A program made the translations under genes and the position numbers. This document shows, in pieces, positions 1 through 9,796 of a stretch of DNA of 64,000 nt (positions within the stretch are counted from its first letter, which is position 1; each line of letters starts with the position of its first letter). The notes beneath the pieces were generated by a model. It searched no databases. It was given only the letters and a program-made list of their open reading frames with translations, and was not told where the DNA came from. Origin of the DNA: Gemmataceae bacterium. Lineage in GTDB: Bacteria > Planctomycetota > Planctomycetia > Gemmatales > HRBIN36. The DNA lies in the NCBI GenBank assembly GCA_040289265.1, contig PSKW01000011.1, forward strand, positions 14,632-78,631, in the 5' to 3' direction.

Positions 1-1359
1 CGGTACGGAGCCGGCTACCGCCCGTGGTCTCCCGACACCCATTTCACTTTCGAGCGCGAGCAAGGTATCCTGGGCGCGATCGAGTTGTGCAACGGCTCGG
101 GTGTGTGCCGCAAAACAACTGGGGGCACCATGTGTCCCTCCTTCCGGGCGACGCGCGACGAAAAGGACTCCACCCGCGGTCGCGCCAATGCCTTGCGTCT
201 GGCTCTGGCTGGACCTCGGCCCCAGCACGATGTGCGCTCGCCTTGGCTTTTCGACGTCCTCGACCTATGCCTGATGTGCAAAGCGTGCAAGGCCGAGTGT
301 CCCAGCAACGTGGACATGGCACGCTTGAAGGCAGAATTCCTGGCGCACTATTACGCCCGCAGACGCCGGCCGGTCGGCCAGAAACTGATGGCCGCTCTTC
401 CGCTGCTGTATCGCTGGTTGGCACCCCTGGCTCCTTTGATCAACTGGCTGCAAAAGAGCACCACCCTGCGCATTTGGAGCGAAAGGATCCTGCATCTCGA
501 CCGGCGTCGGACGCTACCTGTTGTGCACCGATACCATTTGCGCCGATGGTTCGCACAGCACGAGCAAAAAAGAACCGGTCCACCGGTACTGCTCCTGGCC
601 GACTGCTTCACCACCTATCTCGAGCCGCATATCGGTCAGGCAGCAGTGCGACTTTTGCAGGCATCGGGATACACTGTGGTCCTAGCACCTATCGAGTGCT
701 GCGGACGTACCTGGATCAGCAAAGGATATCTGGACCGGGCGCGCCGCCTCGCCGACAAAGGAATACAGGCGCTGGCACATGCCCAGTACGACGGTATCCC
801 CATAGTGGGTATCGAGCCGAGTTGCTTGTTGACGCTCGCCGACGAGTGGCCCGAGCTGATCCCTCGGGGCTCGCCTCGGTGTGCGCTGGCGCGGCGAGTG
901 GCCCGACGCGTGCACCTACTGGACCACTGGCTGGCCGAACGCTGGCAGCAGGATCCAGCGAACCGACCGGTTTTCGCACCCGCTCAGCAGACATGCGTAG
1001 TGCATGCTCATTGCCATCAAAAAGCCTTGGTGGGAGCCGCTGGCACCCAGCGCGCCCTTATGTTCGTTCCGGGCCTGCGTGTGGAAATGCTCGATGCCGG
1101 CTGCTGCGGTATGGCCGGCTCCTTCGGCTACGAGTGCGAACATTACGAGCTCAGTGTACGCATCGCCGAGCTGGAATTGATGCCTGCTCTGCGGCAGTAT
1201 CCGCGCGCTACGATTGTGGCCTCAGGAACGTCGTGCCGGCATCAGATCCACGACCTATTGGGTCGCCAGGCAGTGCATCCTTTGGAGGTCCTGGCCGATC
1301 ATCTACACGCCGATGACGCTCGCGACGAGACAGAAGCCAGTAGCGAGCCGGTCCGTTAA
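1..1359 (+). CDS. FAD-linked oxidase / Fe-S oxidoreductase (YdiJ/GlcF-like), C-terminal part, 5' truncated by the window edge
   Basis: Frame is open from base 1. Motifs: CNGSGVC, MCPS, ferredoxin-type CLMCKACKAECP, and two CCG domains (ECCGR, GCCGMAGSFG, SGTSCRHQI). Confidence 0.88.
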   Translation, partial: RYGAGYRPWSPDTHFTFEREQGILGAIELCNGSGVCRKTTGGTMCPSFRATRDEKDSTRGRANALRLALAGPRPQHDVRSPWLFDVLDLCLMCKACKAECPSNVDMARLKAEFLAHYYARRRRPVGQKLMAALPLLYRWLAPLAPLINWLQKSTTLRIWSERILHLDRRRTLPVVHRYHLRRWFAQHEQKRTGPPVLLLADCFTTYLEPHIGQAAVRLLQASGYTVVLAPIECCGRTWISKGYLDRARRLADKGIQALAHAQYDGIPIVGIEPSCLLTLADEWPELIPRGSPRCALARRVARRVHLLDHWLAERWQQDPANRPVFAPAQQTCVVHAHCHQKALVGAAGTQRALMFVPGLRVEMLDAGCCGMAGSFGYECEHYELSVRIAELELMPALRQYPRATIVASGTSCRHQIHDLLGRQAVHPLEVLADHLHADDARDETEASSEPVR

Positions 1360-1418
1360 AACAGTCAGCGAGTCGTGCGGCGCGAACACGGTTTTCGATG
1401 GCGGAGGCTTTGGGGCCG

Positions 1419-2090
1419 CTATCCTTGTTCGCCAGGCTCGCCGCTGACCCCTTCCAAGCCTTCGCTGCCTAGCCGAATGATAGTACCGTTGACTTCCAGT
1501 TCGTAGACATCGTCGAGCGAGCGGTAGGCAAGGACGTGAGCGACAGCACCTGGGGTCAAGCCCAGTTCTTTCCAGCGTCGCAATCGTTCCGGGTCGTCGT
1601 CGCGCACTTCGCGGATGACAATACGCTGGCCAGGCTGGAAAGCGCCGAGGGGCTGCAACTGCCTGCGGGCCAACTCCCCTTCGCTGGTGGGGATGGGATG
1701 ACCGTGAGGATCTTCTAGGGGTTCGCCGAGGTACCGAGCCAGGGCCTCTTCCAAGCGCGGCGAAATAGCATGTTCGAGGATTTCGGCTTCGGCATCCACT
1801 TCGCTCCAGTCCAACCCCAGGATGCGATGGAGGAAAAGCTCGACCAGGCGATGTCGCCGGACTACCCGGCGGGCTTCGCGCAATCCTTTGGAGGTGAGTT
1901 GGGCTCCGCGTCCTGGCTCGTAATGGATCCAGCCTCCCTCTGCCAGACGCTTGAGCATACCGGTCACCGATGGAGCCCGCACGCCCAGACGCTCTGCAAT
2001 TTCCATCGGCGATACACGCCGCTCGTCTCCGCCGAGATGGTGCAGCGTCTTGAGATAATCCTGGACCGATTGTGTTAGATCGTCTGCCAT
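1419..2090 (-). CDS. DtxR/MntR family metal-dependent transcriptional repressor with C-terminal FeoA/SH3-like domain
   Basis: QDYLK, HTH IAERLGVRAPSVTGMLKRL, RRHRLVELFL, EAEILEHAIS, DPHGHPIP, C-terminal LGLTPG. Confidence 0.92.
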   Translation of the reverse strand: MADDLTQSVQDYLKTLHHLGGDERRVSPMEIAERLGVRAPSVTGMLKRLAEGGWIHYEPGRGAQLTSKGLREARRVVRRHRLVELFLHRILGLDWSEVDAEAEILEHAISPRLEEALARYLGEPLEDPHGHPIPTSEGELARRQLQPLGAFQPGQRIVIREVRDDDPERLRRWKELGLTPGAVAHVLAYRSLDDVYELEVNGTIIRLGSEGLEGVSGEPGEQG

Positions 2091-2421
2091 AGCGCCCTGG
2101 CCCGGCTAGCCTCGCGATATATGCGTCCCCAGTGCCGATATTGTATCGCTGACACGCCTGCTCGAACGTGGCATAATAACTATGTGCACAGGATACCTGT
2201 GTCGGCGCACAAAGGCCAGGCCATGCGGCGACCTCGTTATCGGGCTTGCCCATTTTCCAGAAGCGCTGCGGCCCTGCTGCCGCGCATGGCACGAGGACGC
2301 ACGCTCGAAAGCTGAGTGGGCACAGTGCGCTTCGCGCGCGGAGCAACTCGGCTTCGGCACAGGCATCGCCGTAGGGTCGGACAGGCAGTCGTGCATCGAA
2401 GGGCACGGGCGGGAGTGGCAG

Positions 2422-3369
2422 ATGAGCTCAGTTATCGAGGTCGGTCGCCGCATCGTCGAAAACATCGAAAAAGTCCTGGTGGGCAAGAGGCAGCAAGCCG
2501 TGCTGACTCTAGTCGCCTGTCTGAGCGAGGGACACGTGCTCTTGGAGGACGTGCCGGGCGTGGCCAAGACGATGCTGGCTCGCGCTCTGGCCCGCAGCAT
2601 CAACGCCCATTTCAAGAGGGTACAATGCACCCCGGACTTGTTGCCTTCGGACATCACCGGCTCGTCGGTGTTCAATCCCAAGACGGCCGATTTCGAGTTC
2701 CGACCGGGTCCGGTATTTACCCATATCTTGCTGGCGGACGAGATCAATCGGGCCACTCCGCGCACCCAGTCTGCCCTTCTCGAGGCCATGGCGGAGTATC
2801 GCGTCACGGTGGACGGAAAAAGCTACGACTTGCAACGGCCCTTTTTGGTGCTCGCCACTCAGAATCCCATTGACCACGAGGGGACTTTTCCGCTGCCCGA
2901 AGCGCAGCTGGACCGCTTTTTGGTACGGCTCAACCTCGGCTACCCGGCGCCCGAAGAAGAAGCCAAACTTCTGGAACGCTTGCAAAGGCAGCACCCGATC
3001 GAAGAACTCCAGCCGGTGGCTACTGTGCAGGAAATACTCGCTTGCCAAAAGGCTGTGCGCGACGTTTTCGTGGACGAAAAAGTACGCCAGTACATCGTGG
3101 CCATCGTACAAGCGACACGGCAACACCAGGATATCCTCTTGGGCGGCAGTCCGCGCGCATCGTTGGGTTTGTGCCGGGCCGCACAAGCGATGGCGGCTCT
3201 GCGCGGTCGTACTTTTGTATTGCCCGACGACGTAAAGCGCATCGCCCCCCACATACTGATCCACCGGCTGATCCTGCGCCCAGAAAGTCGGCTGCGTCGC
3301 GTAAGCGCTGCCCGGGTGCTGGACGAAATCCTTAGCCAAGTGCCGGTACCCGTGGTCGCCGGAACGTAA
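2422..3369 (+). CDS. MoxR family AAA+ ATPase
   Basis: HVLLEDVPGVAKT, RVQCTPDLLPSDITG, LADEINRATPRTQSALLEAM, ATQNP, LPEAQLDRF. Start set at ATG 2422, downstream of a GGGAG SD. Confidence 0.95.
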   Translation: MSSVIEVGRRIVENIEKVLVGKRQQAVLTLVACLSEGHVLLEDVPGVAKTMLARALARSINAHFKRVQCTPDLLPSDITGSSVFNPKTADFEFRPGPVFTHILLADEINRATPRTQSALLEAMAEYRVTVDGKSYDLQRPFLVLATQNPIDHEGTFPLPEAQLDRFLVRLNLGYPAPEEEAKLLERLQRQHPIEELQPVATVQEILACQKAVRDVFVDEKVRQYIVAIVQATRQHQDILLGGSPRASLGLCRAAQAMAALRGRTFVLPDDVKRIAPHILIHRLILRPESRLRRVSAARVLDEILSQVPVPVVAGT

Positions 3370-3380
3370 AGGAAACCCCT

Positions 3381-4691
3381 ATGTATCGCTGGCTGGCCGG
3401 TGCCCTCGTGCTCTTGGTTGCTGGGCTGGTCTTCCAGTTGGGACTGCTGGCCTTTTCGATGTATGTCCTGTTGCTCATCTTACCGCTCAGCTGGTGGCTG
3501 ACCCGCTGCTGGATGGAGCACCTCGATGCGGCACGAGTCAATCGCGATGTGCAGCTGGAAATAGGCGATCGCGTGGCCGTGGAGCTGCGGATCCGCAATC
3601 GCTGGTTCGGCCCGGTGGCCTGGGTCTTAGCTGAAGATCATTTGCCCGAGCATGCGTTGCGGCAGCGGCCGCCGCGCTTGCACGTGCAAGGAAAACCTGT
3701 CCGCGCCGGTCCGATCGGCAGGAGCAAAAGTCTGGTTCTGAAGTACGAGATCACCTTTGCGATGCGCGGCTATTACCAAATCGGCCCGCTGGTTTTGGAA
3801 ACAGGAGATGTATTCGGCTTGCATCGTCGCTGGCGCATTGCGGCGGCGCCGTTCTTCGTTCAAGTCAATCCGCGTATCGTACCTCTGTCGGGCTACCAAA
3901 TCGCCTCGCGTCGGCCTGTGGGTGAAATCCGTCTGACGCACCGACTGTACGAAGACCCGACGCGGATGGCCGGAGTGCGGCAATATCAAAACGGGGATCC
4001 GTTGAACCGTGTCCACTGGCGAGCTACTGCCCGCACGGGCCTCCTGCATGCCAAACAGTACGACCCGTCGTGTATCGCTGGGGCCACGATCCTGCTCGAT
4101 TTCCACGCACGCAGCTATCCCGCGCGCGGCGAACCCTACCGCTCCGAGTTGGCTGTGACCGCGGCAGCCTCGATCGCTCACGCGGTGTTTCACCTGGGTC
4201 AGCAAATCGGTTTAGTCACCAACGGCCGCGACGCCGCCGATCGCATCCGTTTGGAAGGATGGGACAAAGAGTTCCGCTCGCGCCAACAAGCGCACCGACA
4301 GGTGGACATGCACCCGCAAAGCGATCGGCTTCGGCCTTTAGTCATAGAAACGCGCCGTGGCGCCGAGCAAATGTCGCGCATCCTGGATGTCTTGGCACGT
4401 GTCGAGCTGACCGACGGCTTGACTTTCGCCCAGCTCGCCGGCGAGGTCGCAGGACGGATGCCCCGCGACGCCACGGTGATCGCCATCTTGGGAAGCGTAG
4501 ATATGGAAACGTCTCTAGCATTGGACCTATTGAAGCACCAGGGCTTCGCTGTGACCGCTGTGCTCGTCGGCCTCACCGAGCAAGAGCTGGAGACGGCTTA
4601 TGGGCTGCTGGCGGCCTACCGCATCCAGATGCTCCACGCCCGCGACGAGGCCTCGTTGACGGAGCTATGCAATCTCATGCTGATGCGCTGA
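3381..4691 (+). CDS. DUF58 domain protein (MoxR-associated)
   Basis: N-terminal TM segments, RGYYQIGP, GVRQYQNGDPLNRVHWRATAR; starts 11 nt after moxR. Confidence 0.9.
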   Translation: MYRWLAGALVLLVAGLVFQLGLLAFSMYVLLLILPLSWWLTRCWMEHLDAARVNRDVQLEIGDRVAVELRIRNRWFGPVAWVLAEDHLPEHALRQRPPRLHVQGKPVRAGPIGRSKSLVLKYEITFAMRGYYQIGPLVLETGDVFGLHRRWRIAAAPFFVQVNPRIVPLSGYQIASRRPVGEIRLTHRLYEDPTRMAGVRQYQNGDPLNRVHWRATARTGLLHAKQYDPSCIAGATILLDFHARSYPARGEPYRSELAVTAAASIAHAVFHLGQQIGLVTNGRDAADRIRLEGWDKEFRSRQQAHRQVDMHPQSDRLRPLVIETRRGAEQMSRILDVLARVELTDGLTFAQLAGEVAGRMPRDATVIAILGSVDMETSLALDLLKHQGFAVTAVLVGLTEQELETAYGLLAAYRIQMLHARDEASLTELCNLMLMR

Positions 4692-4787
4692 CCCTCGAAA
4701 AAGATGGGGGCACGGTGCACCGGCAGTTGCGTCGGTACAGGCCGCTCGATTATACTGACGATCGGGCCGATGCAGTAGGAGGTTTTC

Positions 4788-6680
4788 ATGCGTCGCCGGC
4801 GTGACAGCTTTGGCCTGACGGATACCATCATCGTCGCCGTCAATCCGGCTCTCATCATCCTCATGATCGTTACCCTCGTCTACTTCCTCTTGGAAGTATT
4901 TTACCGGGGCAATTATTCTGGCCGGCTGCAGTGGACGTTTTTCTTCTTCACCTTGGGCGCGGTATTTGTCGTCCGACTCTTCATGACCGGAGAGGCAGAC
5001 GCACGCGGCTGGTTCTACGCGGGCGGTCTATCCTTGGCGACCCTCGCGGCTATGGCCCGCTTCATCGAGTATGCCGATCTGGCTGTGCCCCCTGTGCTCG
5101 TCAATGCCGCGCTGATGGCGATCATATGGTTCTACGCTTACAAGCTGACCACCGACTGCACATGGGACGATGACAATCAGGAAAGCTCAGGGCAGGGTAT
5201 TCTCGACGCTTCCGCACTGGGCACTCGGTACAGCGAGTCAGCTGGCTACCCGCGGCGCGCCGACAGACCGGGTGGAGCAGGCCAAGATACTAGCCTCATC
5301 ACCGGCCGGTCGCAGGTTTCCGGCGACGGAGAAAAGTTGTCCGAAGATACTGCACACCTGTCTACGTCCTGGTGGACGCGCCTGTGGTCGCGCGGCAAAA
5401 AACACACCCCGGGAGTATGGATTGTCTATTTCGGACTGGCGGCCCTACCGATCTTCGGGCTCGGACAAACTCTGATTCCTCTGGAAGAAGCACCACGTCG
5501 GCGTTATGGGTTTTATCTGCTCGTCGTGCATCTTCTCGCGGCAACTTTGTTGTTGGCACTGACCAGTCTCTTGGGCATCCGCCGATACTTGCGGCAAAAG
5601 GGTGTGACGCCTCCTGGGCGTATGACCGTAGCGTGGACCGTGACAGCGTTGACGATCGCGGTGGGCTGTCTGCTCGTTGCCATGATTCCGCCGCGACCGG
5701 ACGAGGTCAATCAGAGCTGGATGGCCTATGTGCAGTCCCTCAAACGATCAGCATCTCCCTATGCCATCGTGCCAGGCGAGGGGGAACAAAAAGACTCCGG
5801 CCAGTCGTCATCTTCCGGCGCGTCCGAACATCCTAAAGAGGTCGAGGGACACCAGCACCCAAAAGGCCGCTCCAATCCTGCTTCCAAAGACCCACAAGGC
5901 CAGTTCGAACGTTCGCCATCCGACCGATCCCAGGACAAGCCCGGCCGTTCCGACAGTGCGAGCGGAAAAGGTGAACACTCGCAGCCTGGCAAAGCCCAGG
6001 GCCAAAGCCCTTCTTCCAGCGCTAAAGAGGGCAAAAGCTCCGGCGGATCCGATCGGCAGCCCAGAGGTCAACCTCGACATCCGGACGACCAGGCACAACA
6101 AAGCCGATCTGACCCTTCTGCGCGCCAACTACCGGAGTCGTCCCCGCCGCAACCGCAGCGTTCACCCGAGCCCCCGCCACAGACCTGGAGCGCCTGGCTG
6201 AGTTCACTGGTCCAACTGTTGCGCTGGCTGCTCTTGATCGTTTTGCTGGCGGTGCTGGCCTATTATGCCTGGCGCTATTTTGCTCGAAGCAGTCCAAAGA
6301 ATACAGCAGATGGAACAGGCGAGCCATCCGTAAAGCCCGTCGAGCAAGTGCCGTTCAGCAGCTATCGCAATCCCTTCGTCTCGGGCCAAGCGGAGCGGAT
6401 GACGGCGGAAGAACTGACCCGCTATACTTTTCGGGCGTTGGAAGCATGGGCACGCGACTCCGGCTGGCCGCGGCAGGCACACGAGACGGCTTTGGAATTC
6501 ATCGGTCGGATCGGCTCGACCGTCATCCCTTTGGCCGACCTGTCTGGGGAACTAAGCCATCTGGTGGCGATCGCCTGCTACTCGCCGATGCGCATATCCG
6601 CCAAAGCCCTGCCTCTTTTGCGCAAGATCTGGGAACTCATGGAGAGCACTTACCGACCGCCGGTCAGGTCTGGATCGTAA
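4788..6680 (+). CDS. Polytopic membrane protein with a long S/Q/P/G-rich linker and a C-terminal DUF4129-like domain
   Basis: Several TM helices, low-complexity linker, C-terminal GWPRQAHETALEF motif, AGGAGG SD; third gene of the MoxR operon. Confidence 0.75.
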   Translation: MRRRRDSFGLTDTIIVAVNPALIILMIVTLVYFLLEVFYRGNYSGRLQWTFFFFTLGAVFVVRLFMTGEADARGWFYAGGLSLATLAAMARFIEYADLAVPPVLVNAALMAIIWFYAYKLTTDCTWDDDNQESSGQGILDASALGTRYSESAGYPRRADRPGGAGQDTSLITGRSQVSGDGEKLSEDTAHLSTSWWTRLWSRGKKHTPGVWIVYFGLAALPIFGLGQTLIPLEEAPRRRYGFYLLVVHLLAATLLLALTSLLGIRRYLRQKGVTPPGRMTVAWTVTALTIAVGCLLVAMIPPRPDEVNQSWMAYVQSLKRSASPYAIVPGEGEQKDSGQSSSSGASEHPKEVEGHQHPKGRSNPASKDPQGQFERSPSDRSQDKPGRSDSASGKGEHSQPGKAQGQSPSSSAKEGKSSGGSDRQPRGQPRHPDDQAQQSRSDPSARQLPESSPPQPQRSPEPPPQTWSAWLSSLVQLLRWLLLIVLLAVLAYYAWRYFARSSPKNTADGTGEPSVKPVEQVPFSSYRNPFVSGQAERMTAEELTRYTFRALEAWARDSGWPRQAHETALEFIGRIGSTVIPLADLSGELSHLVAIACYSPMRISAKALPLLRKIWELMESTYRPPVRSGS

Positions 6681-6711
6681 AGTCGAAGCGACCCTGCGGG
6701 CTGGCACACCT

Positions 6712-7521
6712 TCACTTACCGCTCGGCGGCAGGGGCAGAGTCTTCGGCTTGGCAAACACCTTGGGATCTATGCGTGTCAGGTAGCGCAGTTCATGGATCT
6801 CCAAATCGAGGAAGCGGCGACCATCGCGCAGCACCTGCCCTTTGACCGCATGCTTGAGGCCGTCCCGCTCCACATAGTCTTTTGGATCGGTAATCCGCTC
6901 TTCCTTGATCTCATTGCCCGTGACCCAATCCAGGACCTGGTACTCGGCTTTGACGATCAGATCGGTTTTACGGTCGAAGTAGATCTTGACATCTCTGTGC
7001 CCTTTGGACTGCACCAACACGCCGGCGGCCTCGTTGCCTGCGACGCTGACTGTGCCGAGCCACGAGATTTTGAAATCTCTTTTGCCGAAGAAATGAAACC
7101 GCAGGACTTGCTCCACATACATCTGTTCTTTCAACTCGCGAACGTATTTGGGCTCCAAATCCTTGAGCTGATTGTTGATCGCCATCCAGCCGCGGTCGCC
7201 GGCGAGAGCCTGGACGATCACGGTGCGATTGTTCCCATCGTCAATTTCCATGGTGGATTTCATATGATGGGGCAATTGCACGTAGGTTTCGAGGCGCACG
7301 ACCGGTCCACCGCTGATGGTGGCTGCAGCTTTTACGTGCGCCGCACGGATCTGGTTCAGTCGGTCGGTGCCGCCCATGGCTCGGACAGCCCGCTCGATGG
7401 TCGCGTGTGCCAGGGAATCGTCTTCCTTGGCGTCGCGCCGGTCAGTGCTTTTGTCGGCGGCCTGGACGGCTAGCAACCCAGTCACTCCCGCCAGGACAGC
7501 GATGAATACCAATCGCGACAT
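6712..7521 (-). CDS. Exported hypothetical protein (beta-rich, lipoprotein-sorting-like)
   Basis: Signal peptide MSRLVFIAVLAGVTGLLAVQA; AVRAMGG and IYFDRKTDL motifs. Start is inferred. Confidence 0.65.
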   Translation of the reverse strand: MSRLVFIAVLAGVTGLLAVQAADKSTDRRDAKEDDSLAHATIERAVRAMGGTDRLNQIRAAHVKAAATISGGPVVRLETYVQLPHHMKSTMEIDDGNNRTVIVQALAGDRGWMAINNQLKDLEPKYVRELKEQMYVEQVLRFHFFGKRDFKISWLGTVSVAGNEAAGVLVQSKGHRDVKIYFDRKTDLIVKAEYQVLDWVTGNEIKEERITDPKDYVERDGLKHAVKGQVLRDGRRFLDLEIHELRYLTRIDPKVFAKPKTLPLPPSGK

Positions 7522-7755
7522 CCAGGACACTACACTGCCTCCCACGGGCGTATGGCAAAAGAACAATGCACCATTATAACAGCCTATCCCGTGCGCACTC
7601 CGTGAACAGCTCGGGCGATCCCCTCCATGTAGTTAGCATACCCCAAATGGTAGTCAGAAGGGAAGAGAATTCCGCGACATTCCGTAGAATTGCTCTAAAA
7701 GCATGTTGTCTGCGCCAGGCTTCCCGTTGGCTGTTTTTGTGGAAGCAGGCCTGGA

Positions 7756-9327
7756 TTGCTAGACCGATCGGAGCGAATCGTGTCGGTTTGGGTACAGAGC
7801 GTGCGCGTGGCATTGGTGGGCGCCGGTCCGGGGGACCGCGGCTTGTTGACTCTGCGGGCTGCCGAGTGGCTGGCACGGGCCGAAGTCTTGATCTACGACC
7901 GCCTGGTGCCCGCGGAGATCGTAGCGCTGGCTTCCCGAGCCCAAAGAATTGCTGTCGCCGATCTACCAGGGCCACACGCCTGCCGCTGCGAAAAAGTAAT
8001 AGAGCTATTGGTGGCCGAAGCACGCCGAGGACGGATCGTCGTGCGTTTGAAAGGCGGCGACCCGTTTATCTTCGGCCGGGGAGCCGAGGAAGCCCTGGCA
8101 CTGCAAGAAGCCGGCATAGCCTACGAAATAGTCCCCGGGGTGACTGCTGCTTTAGCGGCTGCTTGCGCAGGTATCCCGCTGACGCATCGGCTTTCGAGCA
8201 GCGCCGTGGCTTTGGTCACAGGCCACGAGTCCCCGGACAAGAGTGCCACTCCGCTGGATTGGTCCGCGCTGGCCCGTTTTCCCGGCACTTTGGTCGTTTA
8301 TATGGGGGTCAAACACCTGCCCGAAATCGTGTCGGCGCTCCTCCGCCACGGAAAACCCGGGCACACCCCGGCGGCTGCTATCCATTGGGCTGCCACCCCA
8401 GCACAGCGCGTTTGCGAAACCACTTTGGCTGAGTTGCCCGGCTCGGTTGCACGCCTGGGGTTGACCAGCCCTTGCCTGTTCGTGATCGGCGACGTCGTGC
8501 GCCTGCGCTCCCGACTGCAATGGTGGGAGAAAAGGCCTTTGTTCGGCCGTACCGTGCTTGTCACCAGGCCCATTGATCAAGCCAGCGATCTGAAGAAGAT
8601 GCTGGAAGAACGAGGCGCCCGCGTTTATACTCTGCCGATGCTGCACATCGGGCCTCCTGAAGATTCGCGAGCGTTCGACCGCGTTCTGCAAAACTTGGAC
8701 CGATACGACTGGATTGTGTTCACAAGTGCCAACGGCGTGCACGCGTTTATGCGCCGACTTTTCGACCTCGGCGCCGACGTGCGCCGACTGGGACCGATGC
8801 GCTTGGCAGCCATCGGGCCCAAAACAGCGGCGGCTTTGGAGCATTATTACCTCCGTCCCGACATCGTCCCGAAGGAATACCGCTCCGAGACGCTCGTGGA
8901 CGAGCTGCGCGAAAAGGTGCGCGGCCGGCGCGTTTTGCTGGCTCGCGCCGATCGCGGCCGCGAACTCCTGCGGTCGGAACTGGAAAAGATCGCCGAAGTC
9001 ACCGAAGTCGCTGTCTATTCGCAAAAAGACCTTGCCAGTTTGCCGGAAGATATCGGGCGCCGGCTGGCAAACGGCGAAATCCACGTCATCACGGTGACCA
9101 GCAGCAACATCGCCCGCGCACTAGTCCAGCTTTGCAACGATGCACTGCGGCAGAGACTGGGCCGAGACATAGCTATAGCCAGCATCAGTCCCGTGACCAG
9201 CGCAACGCTCAGAGACTTGGGCATCGAGCCGGCGATAGAGGCCCGCGTATACACTGCCGAGGGGCTGGTCGAAGCCTTGGTCCAATGGGCTCAGGCGAAC
9301 TCGCGCATCCCTTCCCAGGAAATATAA
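7756..9327 (+). CDS. cobA: Bifunctional uroporphyrinogen-III C-methyltransferase / uroporphyrinogen-III synthase (CobA-HemD)
   Basis: LVGAGPGD, VRLKGGDPFIFGRGAEE, VPGVTAA; HemD half has VLVTRP, WIVFTSANGV, AIGPKTA. Exact start uncertain. Confidence 0.93.
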   Translation: MLDRSERIVSVWVQSVRVALVGAGPGDRGLLTLRAAEWLARAEVLIYDRLVPAEIVALASRAQRIAVADLPGPHACRCEKVIELLVAEARRGRIVVRLKGGDPFIFGRGAEEALALQEAGIAYEIVPGVTAALAAACAGIPLTHRLSSSAVALVTGHESPDKSATPLDWSALARFPGTLVVYMGVKHLPEIVSALLRHGKPGHTPAAAIHWAATPAQRVCETTLAELPGSVARLGLTSPCLFVIGDVVRLRSRLQWWEKRPLFGRTVLVTRPIDQASDLKKMLEERGARVYTLPMLHIGPPEDSRAFDRVLQNLDRYDWIVFTSANGVHAFMRRLFDLGADVRRLGPMRLAAIGPKTAAALEHYYLRPDIVPKEYRSETLVDELREKVRGRRVLLARADRGRELLRSELEKIAEVTEVAVYSQKDLASLPEDIGRRLANGEIHVITVTSSNIARALVQLCNDALRQRLGRDIAIASISPVTSATLRDLGIEPAIEARVYTAEGLVEALVQWAQANSRIPSQEI

Positions 9328-9581
9328 GCCAGCAACCCGGACGCCAACAGGAGAACAATGTCCAGGGTCACACTCACGCGGCCAAAGGGAAATCCTGTGA
9401 CCAGATCGAGCAAAAATACGAGTAGAACCAGCGCACACAACGCTAGGGAAACGATACTGAGTTTCTTCTCGAGGGAGGCTCCCTTTTTACGCGGCGGACG
9501 TACCATAGGCACCGGCTTTTTCTCCGCCGCTTCCACTGCTCGCGTCTCCTCCGTCTCTGTCTTGGCTGCCTTTTGTGCCAT
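9291..9581 (-). CDS. Small two-TM membrane protein
   Basis: Charged N-terminus followed by two hydrophobic helices; overlaps the 3' end of cobA-hemD convergently by 37 nt. Confidence 0.6.
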   Translation of the reverse strand: MAQKAAKTETEETRAVEAAEKKPVPMVRPPRKKGASLEKKLSIVSLALCALVLLVFLLDLVTGFPFGRVSVTLDIVLLLASGLLAYISWEGMREFA

Positions 9582-9796
9582 GGCAATGACCGCTCTTTCC
9601 ACCCTTCGTTCGTGATGCGCGATCCCTTACTCGCTCCGTACATTCATTGTAACCCTTCTATTGCCGACCGCAACTGTTCGTTGCGCAATAAGTGGTGACG
9701 AAAAGGCCGAATATGCCTCCGGCAAGGATTGCACGGGCAGCCGGCGGGGCCCAAAGGTGCGGCATCGGCATCCTTTTGGGTCCACGGGTCTGGCCT

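Noticed and set aside
5780-6185. Low-complexity S/Q/P/G-rich stretch suggesting a tandem repeat
   Set aside because: It is a disordered protein linker with no nucleotide-level periodicity.
2422-6680. MoxR operon as a novel system or as partner of the distant vWA protein
   Set aside because: MoxR-DUF58-membrane protein operons are common, and the vWA gene is more than 30 kb away with no evidence of linkage.
9746-9783. Imperfect hairpin downstream of the radical SAM gene
   Set aside because: Bulged stem with no U-tract on the minus strand; cannot be called a terminator or ncRNA.
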